DNA from: a virus
Taxonomy: Duplodnaviria; Caudoviricetes
DNA: 64,000 nucleotides
Virus record (IMG/VR): IMGVR_UViG_3300021364_000005
Direction: 5' to 3' (one strand)
The position numbers and the translations under genes were made by a program. Positions 20,886 through 30,367 of the stretch are shown piece after piece (within the stretch, counting starts at the first letter, position 1; the number at the start of each line of letters is the position of its first letter). The notes beneath the pieces were generated by a model. The model was not told the origin of the DNA, searched no databases, and worked only from the letters and a program-made list of their open reading frames with translations.

Positions 20886-21873
20886 AGAATTCTTACACGG
20901 ACTACAAGACTACTTTGACTATAAAGAAGATCAGCGTAGTAAAGATTTTATAAAAAGTATATTAGATATTTGCTATTCTCAAAATCCGAAAAATGTTTTT
21001 TGTGATACTTTTATCAAAAAACATATAATGGAAAATGATAATGCTAAAGATATTCTTTTAAATGATGTTAGTAAGATTTTGTATGCTAACGATGTAAGAG
21101 AACAGATGGTAAATTCTTTCCTGCCAAGAGATTTAGCATTTGTATATGGTAGTAACGATTTTGAAAGAGCATTAGTGTTTTGGGCTTTAGAGCAAATAGA
21201 AATTTCTACTGAAACAAAACTTACTAGATATATTTTAGATTATCTTAAAAAAGATGGAGATCCGAATATTATTAGCGATGCATTTAGTAGAAGTCAAATG
21301 CGTAGCAAAATATGGCTGGCACAAGAGCTTGCAAGGATTGGCGGAAGCAGCACATTTAAAAATATAGTTTTGTTAGCAGGGTGGTATGGACAATTTGTAG
21401 AAATTTTAACAACACAGTTTCTGTTTGAAAAATGTAGAATAATAGAATTAGATAAAGATGCTTGTTTACAAAGTGATTTTAATTTTAATCTTAATAGACT
21501 AGAAAATTATAAAGTAAAGAGTATTAACGAAGACATAAACAATCTTACATTACATACTTCAGGTTACGAATGGAATATTGAAAATTTTAAAACTGGACAA
21601 AGTTATACAGAAAAGTTTAGTCCTGATTTAATTATTAATACAAGCTCAGAACACATGGATACAGAATGGTACAATCAAATAAGATTTAAGCAGTGGGATA
21701 AAAAACCTATTGTTGCAATACAAAGTAATAACTTTTTTGACATCGAAGATCATGTAAATTGTGTACACAGTATCGATCATATGAAGAAAATTTACCCAAT
21801 GGAAAATATATTGTTTGAAGGTGAGCTACAGCTAAAAGGATATAAGCGTGTCATGCTTATTGGGAGACCATAA
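20872..21873 (+). CDS. Class I SAM-dependent methyltransferase-like protein with N-terminal extension
   Basis: IVLLAGWYG motif I, IIELD motif II, DLIINTSSEH. ATG at 20872 (MSQNK) is preferred. Confidence 0.6.
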   Translation: MSQNKEFLHGLQDYFDYKEDQRSKDFIKSILDICYSQNPKNVFCDTFIKKHIMENDNAKDILLNDVSKILYANDVREQMVNSFLPRDLAFVYGSNDFERALVFWALEQIEISTETKLTRYILDYLKKDGDPNIISDAFSRSQMRSKIWLAQELARIGGSSTFKNIVLLAGWYGQFVEILTTQFLFEKCRIIELDKDACLQSDFNFNLNRLENYKVKSINEDINNLTLHTSGYEWNIENFKTGQSYTEKFSPDLIINTSSEHMDTEWYNQIRFKQWDKKPIVAIQSNNFFDIEDHVNCVHSIDHMKKIYPMENILFEGELQLKGYKRVMLIGRP

Positions 21874-22100
21874 TGAATTTAGAAGATTTTTCAGTCAGAG
21901 AATTACAAAGAGAAAGTGCCCGTGCGCTAAGTACAATGCAGGCTACAAATAATAATATTTGGCAATTTAATAAACAGGCACATCATAATAGTTGGAACTG
22001 GTATAAAGCAGTTATTGAATGGTATGTTGGTCAATACGGAGATTTGCCAAGTAAGGTTGGCCCAGGAAAAGATGTAAAGTTAGTATCTGATGAAATTTGA
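21873..22100 (+). CDS. Small hypothetical protein (75 aa), candidate peptide substrate
   Basis: TAATG-coupled start; aromatic-rich centre including WNWYK. Confidence 0.6.
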   Translation: MNLEDFSVRELQRESARALSTMQATNNNIWQFNKQAHHNSWNWYKAVIEWYVGQYGDLPSKVGPGKDVKLVSDEI

Positions 22101-22440
22101 TAAAACATTTAAGTTGTACTTGATAAAAGGCCAAAGGGTTGATTTAAGTATTAAAATATCTGAATCTATGGTTGTTGGATATAGATTTAGGATAAAAGAG
22201 TTTGAAAATATTATAAAAGGTTGGGAAAACGGATTTGAAGGTGATACTTCTGGAGGATATGTTTTTATAGAATACAAAAAATATGGACCACGACCAGAAC
22301 GTAGATACGATCCATATGTGCGGTTTAGTATTAGCAACAATGGACTTACTAATCATCACAGGGTAACATATGATGATATGTATGACCTTACCAAAGAATG
22401 GAATCACCAAAAAACAAACAAAATGTATTGGGACGTATAA
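22090..22440 (+). CDS. Hypothetical protein
   Basis: In-operon ORF overlapping both neighbours. Confidence 0.55.
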   Translation: MKFDKTFKLYLIKGQRVDLSIKISESMVVGYRFRIKEFENIIKGWENGFEGDTSGGYVFIEYKKYGPRPERRYDPYVRFSISNNGLTNHHRVTYDDMYDLTKEWNHQKTNKMYWDV

Positions 22441-23522
22441 TGTATAGATACGAGGATATAAAGGAAGTACATTTAGAAGTTACACAACGCTGCCAAGCGG
22501 CGTGTCCTATGTGTGACCGAAATATGAATGGCGGCGCTGATAATCCTCATATCACTAATGCAGAATTGTCTTATAAAGATTGTGTTAACATATTTAAACC
22601 TGCCTTTATAAAACAGTTAAAGACAATGTATATGTGTGGTAACTTAGGAGATCCTATTGTTGCAAAAGATACATTAGAAATATTCAAATATTTTAGAGAA
22701 CACAATCCTAATATGTGGTTGAGCATGAATACAAACGCAGGAGCAAAGGATGAACAGTGGTGGCGTGACCTGGCGCAAACTTTTGGTCGTATGGGCGCAG
22801 TTATCTTTAGTGTTGACGGGCTTAGTGATACTAATCACATTTATAGACAAAATGTTGTTTGGGATAATGTAGAACGTAATATGAAAGCGTTTATCAATGC
22901 AGGCGGCAGAGCTCGTTGGGACTTTTTAATTTTTGGACATAACGAGCATCAAGTCGACGAAGCCGAAAAACTTGCAAATGAATGGGGCTGCGAAAAATTT
23001 ATTAAAAAGAAAACCGGTAGATTTATTACAGTTAAAAGCGAAGCAAAAGAACAGCACCAAGCAACAAACAGAAAAGGCGAGGATACTGCTACTCTTGTAA
23101 AGCCTAAGAAAAAAGAAAATGTAAATCTTGCACTTTTAAAACAAAAAGAAATTGAAAAAACATATGGCAGTATGAAAGACTACTATAACCAATGTTCTAT
23201 AAAATGTAAAGTTGCTGAACAAGGTAGTATTTTTGTAACAGCAGAAGGACTACTTATGCCCTGTTGTTGGACTGCCGGGCGTATGTACAAATGGTGGCAT
23301 CCAGATCCTAAAGTAGAGCAGGTATGGGATTTTATAGATGCAGCTGGAGGTAAAGAAGGTATAAGCATTATAGACAACGACATTGAAGATGTAGTTGGCG
23401 GAAAACTTATAAGCTCTATAACTGAAAGCTGGAATAAAAATAGTTTAGATGAAGGCAAGTTGGGAGTTTGTGCGCAAAAATGTGGAACAGAATTTGATCC
23501 ATTTGCGGAGCAATTTAAGTGA
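22440..23522 (+). CDS. Radical SAM protein with C-terminal SPASM/twitch-like domain
   Basis: CQAACPMC (CxxxCxxC), GNLGDP, SVDG; C-terminal C...MPCC...CAQKC. TAATG start at 22440. Confidence 0.9.
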   Translation: MYRYEDIKEVHLEVTQRCQAACPMCDRNMNGGADNPHITNAELSYKDCVNIFKPAFIKQLKTMYMCGNLGDPIVAKDTLEIFKYFREHNPNMWLSMNTNAGAKDEQWWRDLAQTFGRMGAVIFSVDGLSDTNHIYRQNVVWDNVERNMKAFINAGGRARWDFLIFGHNEHQVDEAEKLANEWGCEKFIKKKTGRFITVKSEAKEQHQATNRKGEDTATLVKPKKKENVNLALLKQKEIEKTYGSMKDYYNQCSIKCKVAEQGSIFVTAEGLLMPCCWTAGRMYKWWHPDPKVEQVWDFIDAAGGKEGISIIDNDIEDVVGGKLISSITESWNKNSLDEGKLGVCAQKCGTEFDPFAEQFK

Positions 23523-24250
23523 TATTTCCTCCTACTAAAAAATTACATCTCGGACTGACTTATAAATGCACTCTTGCTTGCTTAGAATGTTGTAGAACTA
23601 ATACTCGTAGGGATCAAATTCCACATATAACAGAAGAGTCTCATTTAAAGTGGGAGCAGTATAAAGATCTTTTACAAAGACAGTATAAGCATATTGAAAT
23701 GTGTGGTAATTGGGGAGACCCGATTTATTATCCTGATTTAATTCAATTAGTAAATTATATACACGAAGTCCAAGATGATTGTTACATAAGTCTGCATACA
23801 AACGGAAGTTATGTTAAGCCTAATACATGGCAAAGGTTAGCAGAAGCAATGTCAAAAAAAGATGAACTAATTTTTAGTTTAGACGGCACAAAGGATACTA
23901 ACCACAAATACAGGATCAACAGTGATTGGAAAAGTATTGCTGCTGGCGTGAACACAGTTTTTAATTATAAACACAGACCTTTGTTAACACAAAAAACTCT
24001 TTTATTTTCATATGTAGAACAAGATATGAAAAATGTTATACATCAAGCTATGAATATGGGATTTGATCGTATACGTTTTGATTATCCTATTACATCAGAA
24101 AAAACCGCAGATTTAAAACCTACTCGCACGGTTGAGGAAAATATTTTAGAAATGTCTAAATATGTTACCCCAACAAGGATCAGAAGATTAGGCGCTTCCT
24201 TTCCTGTTGTTTATGTTTACTTTAGGAGTGAAAATGTCTTTAAAGATTGA
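23519..24250 (+). CDS. Radical SAM protein lacking its own SPASM domain
   Basis: CTLACLEC, GNWGDP, SLDG; paralog of 22440 that ends before the auxiliary-cluster domain. Confidence 0.85.
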   Translation: MIFPPTKKLHLGLTYKCTLACLECCRTNTRRDQIPHITEESHLKWEQYKDLLQRQYKHIEMCGNWGDPIYYPDLIQLVNYIHEVQDDCYISLHTNGSYVKPNTWQRLAEAMSKKDELIFSLDGTKDTNHKYRINSDWKSIAAGVNTVFNYKHRPLLTQKTLLFSYVEQDMKNVIHQAMNMGFDRIRFDYPITSEKTADLKPTRTVEENILEMSKYVTPTRIRRLGASFPVVYVYFRSENVFKD

Positions 24251-24515
24251 TCCCGCTTGTATCAAACACCAAGGTTATTTTCTAGAATTAGATGGAACTT
24301 ATCTTCCGTGTTGCTGGTTGTTGACTGACTGGAAAGCAATAGACGAGCTGAAAGAACTTTATGGTGAAGATTGGGATAAACTTAAAATACAAAATAATTC
24401 TCCTGAAGAAATTGAAAAGCTGTGGCAGAAAATTGTAGATACTTGGTATGACAAACCTATAAGTAGGTGTGCAATTATGTGTCCTAAAAAAGGTAGGTTT
24501 GCTGAATATGAATAG
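24234..24515 (+). CDS. Stand-alone SPASM/twitch Fe-S domain protein
   Basis: AGGAG at 24224-28 before the ATG at 24234; PAC...LELDGTYLPCC...RCAIMC. Confidence 0.75.
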   Translation: MSLKIDPACIKHQGYFLELDGTYLPCCWLLTDWKAIDELKELYGEDWDKLKIQNNSPEEIEKLWQKIVDTWYDKPISRCAIMCPKKGRFAEYE

Positions 24516-25773
24516 ACTACCTTGCCACCAACCTTATAACACTATGGTATTTTTTAGTGCAACTAATGATATTAGTTGGTGTTGTAAGATGCAACCTACC
24601 ACTATAGATCCAACAACCGACGATTGGTTTTACAATAACAGGTATTTAAATTCTGTAAGATCAACTTTACAAGCAGGACATTTTCCAGATGCTTGCCACC
24701 GTTGTGCAATAGCCGAAAAAAACAATCAAAAAAGTTGGCGTCATTTAGAAGGCCAAGTTCCTCAGAAATATGCTGACGGATACTCACAAGAGCGCAAATC
24801 AGTGTTTCAGCGTATAGAGTTTTATTTTGATAATACTTGTGATTGTGCTTGTTTGTATTGTGGAGCGGGATTAAGCAGTAAATGGCAGCAAGAATATAAA
24901 AATGTTGACGAGCAAATATTTAAAGAAATTGCACCTTTCTTTAAGGTAGATGAGTTATATAAAACTGAAGAAAAAAATATTATCAAGCTATTGGACTATC
25001 TTGTATATCTAGGTAAAGAATTGCCTAAGCACGAAACAATGGTTGATTTTGCTTTTTTAGGAGGAGAACCTTTTTTAAGTCCACAAATTAAAAATGGAGA
25101 GTTTCAAAAATTTGTAGAAGCTTTTTACACTCATGCTCCTGCTGATTTCCGTATGGTTTTAAGTTTTGTAACAAATTGTAACAATCCTGATAAGGTCTGG
25201 GAACGTAATTGGAAAACTTTAGAAACTTTACGTAACAAGTATAATATAGGTTTAAACATTGCACTTAGTTTAGAAAGTATAGGCAAAGTTACTGAATATG
25301 TTAGATATGGCTCTGATTGGAATACTGTAGATAAAAACATAGACAAATGGCTTAGTAAAGATTGGACACAAGTACATTTTAACAATGCATACAATGCATT
25401 TGCGATTGAAACTTTGCCCGAGTTTGTTGAATACATGGTAAACAAAGGAAAGCAACACAACAGACAAATAGAAGTTAGTCCTAATGTTGTTTATGATCCT
25501 ATTGAACTTAGTCCTATGGTGTTGCCAAAAACATTTGACAAATATTTCGATAAAGCAATAGATCTTGTTTATCAAAACAAACAGCATTTTGTTGACAGTA
25601 ATTATAATGGTTACAGTGCATTGATCAAAACTTTTCAAGAGCTAAAAGACAAATTAGGTACACATACAGATAAAAAAGATAAAATGAACACATTTGTCCA
25701 GTATTCCAAGAAGTACCGCAATTTGGAATTAAATACAGTAGCCCCTAAAGTTGCAAAGTATTTAAATGAATGA
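24508..25773 (+). CDS. N-terminal twitch-domain radical SAM protein
   Basis: N-terminal CHQPY..WCC..CHRC; CDCACLYC; FLGGEP. Confidence 0.85.
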   Translation: MNRLPCHQPYNTMVFFSATNDISWCCKMQPTTIDPTTDDWFYNNRYLNSVRSTLQAGHFPDACHRCAIAEKNNQKSWRHLEGQVPQKYADGYSQERKSVFQRIEFYFDNTCDCACLYCGAGLSSKWQQEYKNVDEQIFKEIAPFFKVDELYKTEEKNIIKLLDYLVYLGKELPKHETMVDFAFLGGEPFLSPQIKNGEFQKFVEAFYTHAPADFRMVLSFVTNCNNPDKVWERNWKTLETLRNKYNIGLNIALSLESIGKVTEYVRYGSDWNTVDKNIDKWLSKDWTQVHFNNAYNAFAIETLPEFVEYMVNKGKQHNRQIEVSPNVVYDPIELSPMVLPKTFDKYFDKAIDLVYQNKQHFVDSNYNGYSALIKTFQELKDKLGTHTDKKDKMNTFVQYSKKYRNLELNTVAPKVAKYLNE

Positions 25774-26839
25774 ATATCTAAAACAACCTCATAAGATACA
25801 GTTTGAACTTAGTAGTATGTGTAATGCATTGTGTCTAGGTTGTGTTCGTACGGATACAAGAAACTTTAATCAGTCAAAGCCACTTATTCCTAAAAAACAA
25901 ATTGTAGAAGTTGATACATTTGTAAAGCTACTTTCAAGCGAAGAAATGTCTACAGTTAAAATACTAGAGTTTTGTGGAACTGTTGATGATCCTCTTATGC
26001 ATCCAGATTTTCTTACTCTACTTGAACGAGCATACGAAATAAATCCAAATTATAAAATAAACATTCATACAAATGCAAGTCTACGAAACGAAAATGATTT
26101 TGTAAAATTAGCACAAATTTTAAAGAAGTTTAAAGAACACGAACTATTGTTTAGTATTGATGGCATTGGAGAAACACATACTATATACAGACAGTTTACA
26201 AATTATGATAAAATAATTTCAAATGCAAAAGCATTTATAAATGAAGGCGGCAGGGCTGTATGGCAATTCTTAATTTTTCCTTGGAATGAACATCAAGTCG
26301 AGGAAGCAAAAGAAATAAGCAAAGAATTAGGATTTGCTGTATTTTTACGAAGACATGATAGATCTATTGCAACTGGGCTAGGTTTAGAAAAAATACAAGG
26401 TAAGAAAAGAAAAAATACTTTGTACGATATAGTTGAAGAACATTCCATGGAGCAACTTTTAGAAAGTTATGAAAATATTAACGAAGTAGAAATTGCTTGT
26501 AATAACCAAGAAAAAGGAATGTATTTTGTAAGTTTTGATAGTAAGTTATGGCCATGTTGTTTTATTCCTAACGGATTTTTACAACAGCAACCTCGCAAAG
26601 TAGAATATTTACAAAAAAGATTATATGATACTTACGGTAAAGATTTTAATGATCTAACAAAAAAGACTGTGAAAGAAATTGTTACCAATGACTTTTACAA
26701 AAATGATCTTGTAGAGAGCTGGGATAACCCTGTAGCTTTAGGAAAATGTGGCAAGATAACAAGATGTGCAGAAACTTGTAATGTTTATAAATTAAAAGCA
26801 TTGCCAATTGGTAAACCAAAGGTGTATAGTAATGTCTAA
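25766..26839 (+). CDS. Radical SAM protein with C-terminal SPASM/twitch-like domain
   Basis: CNALCLGC, GTVDDP, SIDG; C-terminal C...WPCC...CAETC. Confidence 0.9.
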   Translation: MNEYLKQPHKIQFELSSMCNALCLGCVRTDTRNFNQSKPLIPKKQIVEVDTFVKLLSSEEMSTVKILEFCGTVDDPLMHPDFLTLLERAYEINPNYKINIHTNASLRNENDFVKLAQILKKFKEHELLFSIDGIGETHTIYRQFTNYDKIISNAKAFINEGGRAVWQFLIFPWNEHQVEEAKEISKELGFAVFLRRHDRSIATGLGLEKIQGKKRKNTLYDIVEEHSMEQLLESYENINEVEIACNNQEKGMYFVSFDSKLWPCCFIPNGFLQQQPRKVEYLQKRLYDTYGKDFNDLTKKTVKEIVTNDFYKNDLVESWDNPVALGKCGKITRCAETCNVYKLKALPIGKPKVYSNV

Positions 26840-28154
26840 TACTTATTGTCCTATTCCTTGGATATTCCAAGCAGTTAGGAATAACGGAGATATAAGAGTT
26901 TGCTGTCAAGCAAATGTAACAAAGAATCAAGGAGTAGTAAGACACCCAGACGGAACTCCATATAACGCTGGGCGTGATAACATGGAAGAAGCACGTAATG
27001 CAGAGCTTATGAAAGAAATTCGTAAGAATATGATTGCTGGTAAATGGAGTGAAGAATGTGGCAGATGTATGAAAGAAGAAGCTAGTGGACTTAATAGTAG
27101 ACGTCAGTACGAATTAGAAAACTGGGATTATAGTTTTGAACAAGCTGTTTCTTCAACCGAGAAAGACGGCACTATAACAAATCCGCAACTACGTTACTAT
27201 GACTTACGATTTGGAAATATGTGTAATCTTGCTTGTAGAATGTGCGGACCTACTGACAGCCATACATGGTATGAACAATGGTTAGGATATCACGGCGGTG
27301 ACGGATATGACGATACTCACGGATATGTAAAACTACAAAAAAATGAAAAAGGTAGATTGTATACAAATGATTATGACTGGCATAGTAGCGAAACTTTTTG
27401 GGAACAAATAGAAAAAAACATTTCTAACATAGAACACGTTTACATGGCAGGCGGAGAGCCTATGATGATCGAACGTCATTATGAGTTTTTGCAAAAGTGT
27501 ATAGATGGCAATCATGCAAAAAATATTATTATAGAATATAATACCAACATGACAAATTTGCCTGATAGAGTTTTGGATATGTGGACACACTTTAAACAAG
27601 TGAGAGTTGGTGCAAGTATAGATGGTATGGGCGATGTTGTAGAATATCAGCGTTGGCCTTTAAAATGGAAAAGTGCATATCGTAATTTACAAAAATTAGA
27701 CGACTATGCATATAATAATAAAAATATAATTGCTTGGTTAGCGTTTACAGTTACAGCATATAATGTATGGCACGTACCAGAGTTTATGTGGTGGAAACTA
27801 AAAGAAAGTGGATTTAAGGCTATTAACAGCACAAAGAAACGTCCTATAATTACACATCATGTTGCACATGGACCAAAACGTGCAAATATAAAAATATTAG
27901 ATAAAAAAATGAAAGACCATTTAGAATATCATTATGCTAGATGGTCGGATAGATTTATTGATGATAAAGAACTTTCAATGGATGTAAAAAACAATGCTGC
28001 TTCTATTATGGAAAGTGTTTTAAAGTTTGCAAAGAGTGAAGACGCTTCAGATAAACTTCCTGAGTTTGTAAGGTTTACTAAGTACTTGGATAAGCAAAGA
28101 AATCAGTCTGTGGTAGATGTAGTACCACAATACGAGGAATTATTTAATGAGTGA
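26832..28154 (+). CDS. N-terminal twitch-domain radical SAM protein
   Basis: YCPIPW..VCC..CGRC; CNLACRMC; AGGEP. Confidence 0.9.
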   Translation: MSNTYCPIPWIFQAVRNNGDIRVCCQANVTKNQGVVRHPDGTPYNAGRDNMEEARNAELMKEIRKNMIAGKWSEECGRCMKEEASGLNSRRQYELENWDYSFEQAVSSTEKDGTITNPQLRYYDLRFGNMCNLACRMCGPTDSHTWYEQWLGYHGGDGYDDTHGYVKLQKNEKGRLYTNDYDWHSSETFWEQIEKNISNIEHVYMAGGEPMMIERHYEFLQKCIDGNHAKNIIIEYNTNMTNLPDRVLDMWTHFKQVRVGASIDGMGDVVEYQRWPLKWKSAYRNLQKLDDYAYNNKNIIAWLAFTVTAYNVWHVPEFMWWKLKESGFKAINSTKKRPIITHHVAHGPKRANIKILDKKMKDHLEYHYARWSDRFIDDKELSMDVKNNAASIMESVLKFAKSEDASDKLPEFVRFTKYLDKQRNQSVVDVVPQYEELFNE

Positions 28155-29547
28155 GAAAGTTTCAGATACCTTTTGCATTTTGCCTTGGGTACATTTAAGT
28201 ACTAGACCTGATGGTAGTATGCGTGTGTGTTGTACTGCTAATGCAAGTTCGGTAGGAGCAACTAATGATAAAGAACACGGCGGCCAAGTTGGTGTATTAA
28301 AAACTGAAGATGGCAAGCCTAACAACTTGAACGTAAGTGACTTTCTTACAAGCTGGAATAGCACATATATGAAGAATGTGCGAAAGCAAATGTTAAATGG
28401 CGAAATGCCGCCTAGTTGCTTGAAGTGTTATAAAGAAGAAGCAGCTGGACATAACTCTAAACGTATGTGGGAAACTGCCTATTGGAGTAAGCGTGTTGAT
28501 GTAGATAAGCTAATTGAAAACACAGAAGACGATGGAAGTGTACCTCCTGAGCTTACATACATAGATTTAAGATTTGGAACAAAATGTCAGCTTGCTTGTG
28601 TGATGTGTTCTCCTCATGATAGCAGCGGATGGATACCAGACTATAAAAAAATATTTCCTGATGTGCAGAATGAAAGCCTAAAGGAAACTATGCAGTGGAA
28701 AGATAAAGGTAGCTATAACGGCAGTAGTTATAATTGGCATAAACAAAACCCTAAGTTCTGGGAACAATTTTATGCACAAATACCTTATATGCAACAGATA
28801 TATTTTGCAGGTGGTGAAAGTTTAATAATTGAAGAGCATTATGAAATATTGGAAGAATGTATCCGTCAAGGTTACGCAAAAGATTTGGAACTACGTTATA
28901 ACTCAAATGGCGTTGAGTGGAGAGATGATTTATTCGAATTATGGAAAGAGTTCAAACTTGTAAGATTCCATTATAGCGTTGACAGCATCGGGAACATGAA
29001 TGATTACATACGTTACCCTAGCAAGTGGGAACGTACAAGAGAAGTATTTCATATACTTGACACACAAACAAGCAACAACGTAGAAGTTACAGTTGCTTGT
29101 GCAGTACAAGCACTAAACATTTACTACATTCCAGATTTTATTAAATGGAAACTACAAGAAGGCTTTAGTAAAATTAATATGTGGCCATTTGGTGCAGGCG
29201 GCATTAATTACCACTTTGTGTACCATCCACCGCACCTTAATGTTAAAGTATTGCCTAAATGGTTTAAAGAAGAAGTGCGTAAAAAGTATGAAGAATTTAT
29301 TCCATGGTGGGAAGAAAATTGGGAACTAGGTGTACCTAGTTGGCATAAAGGTAAAGTTGATTACGACAAATGGCGTAGTGCAAGTTATGGTGTTGATCGT
29401 TTAATGGGAATGGTGAAATTTATGGAAAGTGAGGATTGGAGCAATCGTCTGCCTGAAACAAAAGAATTTTTAGAGTTATGTGATAAGCAGCGCGGTAATA
29501 GATTTGAAGATACGTTTCCGGAAATGAAAGGAATATTTGATGGATAA
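28147..29547 (+). CDS. N-terminal twitch-domain radical SAM protein
   Basis: FCILPW..VCC..CLKC; CQLACVMC; AGGES. Confidence 0.9.
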   Translation: MSEKVSDTFCILPWVHLSTRPDGSMRVCCTANASSVGATNDKEHGGQVGVLKTEDGKPNNLNVSDFLTSWNSTYMKNVRKQMLNGEMPPSCLKCYKEEAAGHNSKRMWETAYWSKRVDVDKLIENTEDDGSVPPELTYIDLRFGTKCQLACVMCSPHDSSGWIPDYKKIFPDVQNESLKETMQWKDKGSYNGSSYNWHKQNPKFWEQFYAQIPYMQQIYFAGGESLIIEEHYEILEECIRQGYAKDLELRYNSNGVEWRDDLFELWKEFKLVRFHYSVDSIGNMNDYIRYPSKWERTREVFHILDTQTSNNVEVTVACAVQALNIYYIPDFIKWKLQEGFSKINMWPFGAGGINYHFVYHPPHLNVKVLPKWFKEEVRKKYEEFIPWWEENWELGVPSWHKGKVDYDKWRSASYGVDRLMGMVKFMESEDWSNRLPETKEFLELCDKQRGNRFEDTFPEMKGIFDG

Positions 29548-30367
29548 ATTGGAAAGACTTGAAACAGACCCTGTAATGAAAGTGCAAAATATTGTACCTG
29601 AAGAATACCATAGTGAATGGAAAAAAACTTGGGGAGATAGTTTTTCTGAAGAGAACTTTTTCGATCATGACGAATTAGAATGGCTTACAGATTTAATGTA
29701 CAAACAACATCACGCTAGGCGTGTAAAGAAAAATGGCACATTACATTACTTTGTCAATAATGAATTAATTAAAGAAAAGTTCTACGACAAAATAAAAGCA
29801 GCAGTTCCAGAACTTGACGATACTGAGTGGCACGGTAATTTTTTAATTACTGCTACACCGTACAACTTACACATTGACACAGCAGACGAAAAAGTTTATA
29901 ACGGCACAGTGCCAGGCAAACAAATTATTATACCTTTGTTTACTTGTTGGACTGGTAATAAAGACAAAGACGAGGATTGGTATCCAGAGTGTGGTACTGC
30001 TGTATTTAAAAACAGATTTTTAATGTACGGCACAAACTTTGCAAAAAGTGATAACGAATACGATACAAATGTATTTTATACGCAGCGCCAATATCAAGAC
30101 TTAGTTTGTTACGATAAGCAAGGCGAAAGAATGGATGTAGACTGGAACAAAGAATTTCCAGATGATTTGTACAAAAAGCATTTCGATCATTTTAAAAAGC
30201 GTTGGTTGGATGGATTTGAGTTTGAAGCAGTGCATAATTGGAAACGTGGTAATTTAATTGTATTTGATAGATGTCAAGCACACAGCGGTGTAAACTTTCA
30301 AAAATGCGGAGTTACACTAAAGGCAGGATTGTCCTTGATGACTACTACACGGAATAATAATGTTTAA
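29540..30367 (+). CDS. 2OG-Fe(II) oxygenase-like (double-stranded beta helix) protein
   Basis: LHID...QAHSG HxD...H triad; paralog of 40500. Confidence 0.55.
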   Translation: MDKLERLETDPVMKVQNIVPEEYHSEWKKTWGDSFSEENFFDHDELEWLTDLMYKQHHARRVKKNGTLHYFVNNELIKEKFYDKIKAAVPELDDTEWHGNFLITATPYNLHIDTADEKVYNGTVPGKQIIIPLFTCWTGNKDKDEDWYPECGTAVFKNRFLMYGTNFAKSDNEYDTNVFYTQRQYQDLVCYDKQGERMDVDWNKEFPDDLYKKHFDHFKKRWLDGFEFEAVHNWKRGNLIVFDRCQAHSGVNFQKCGVTLKAGLSLMTTTRNNNV

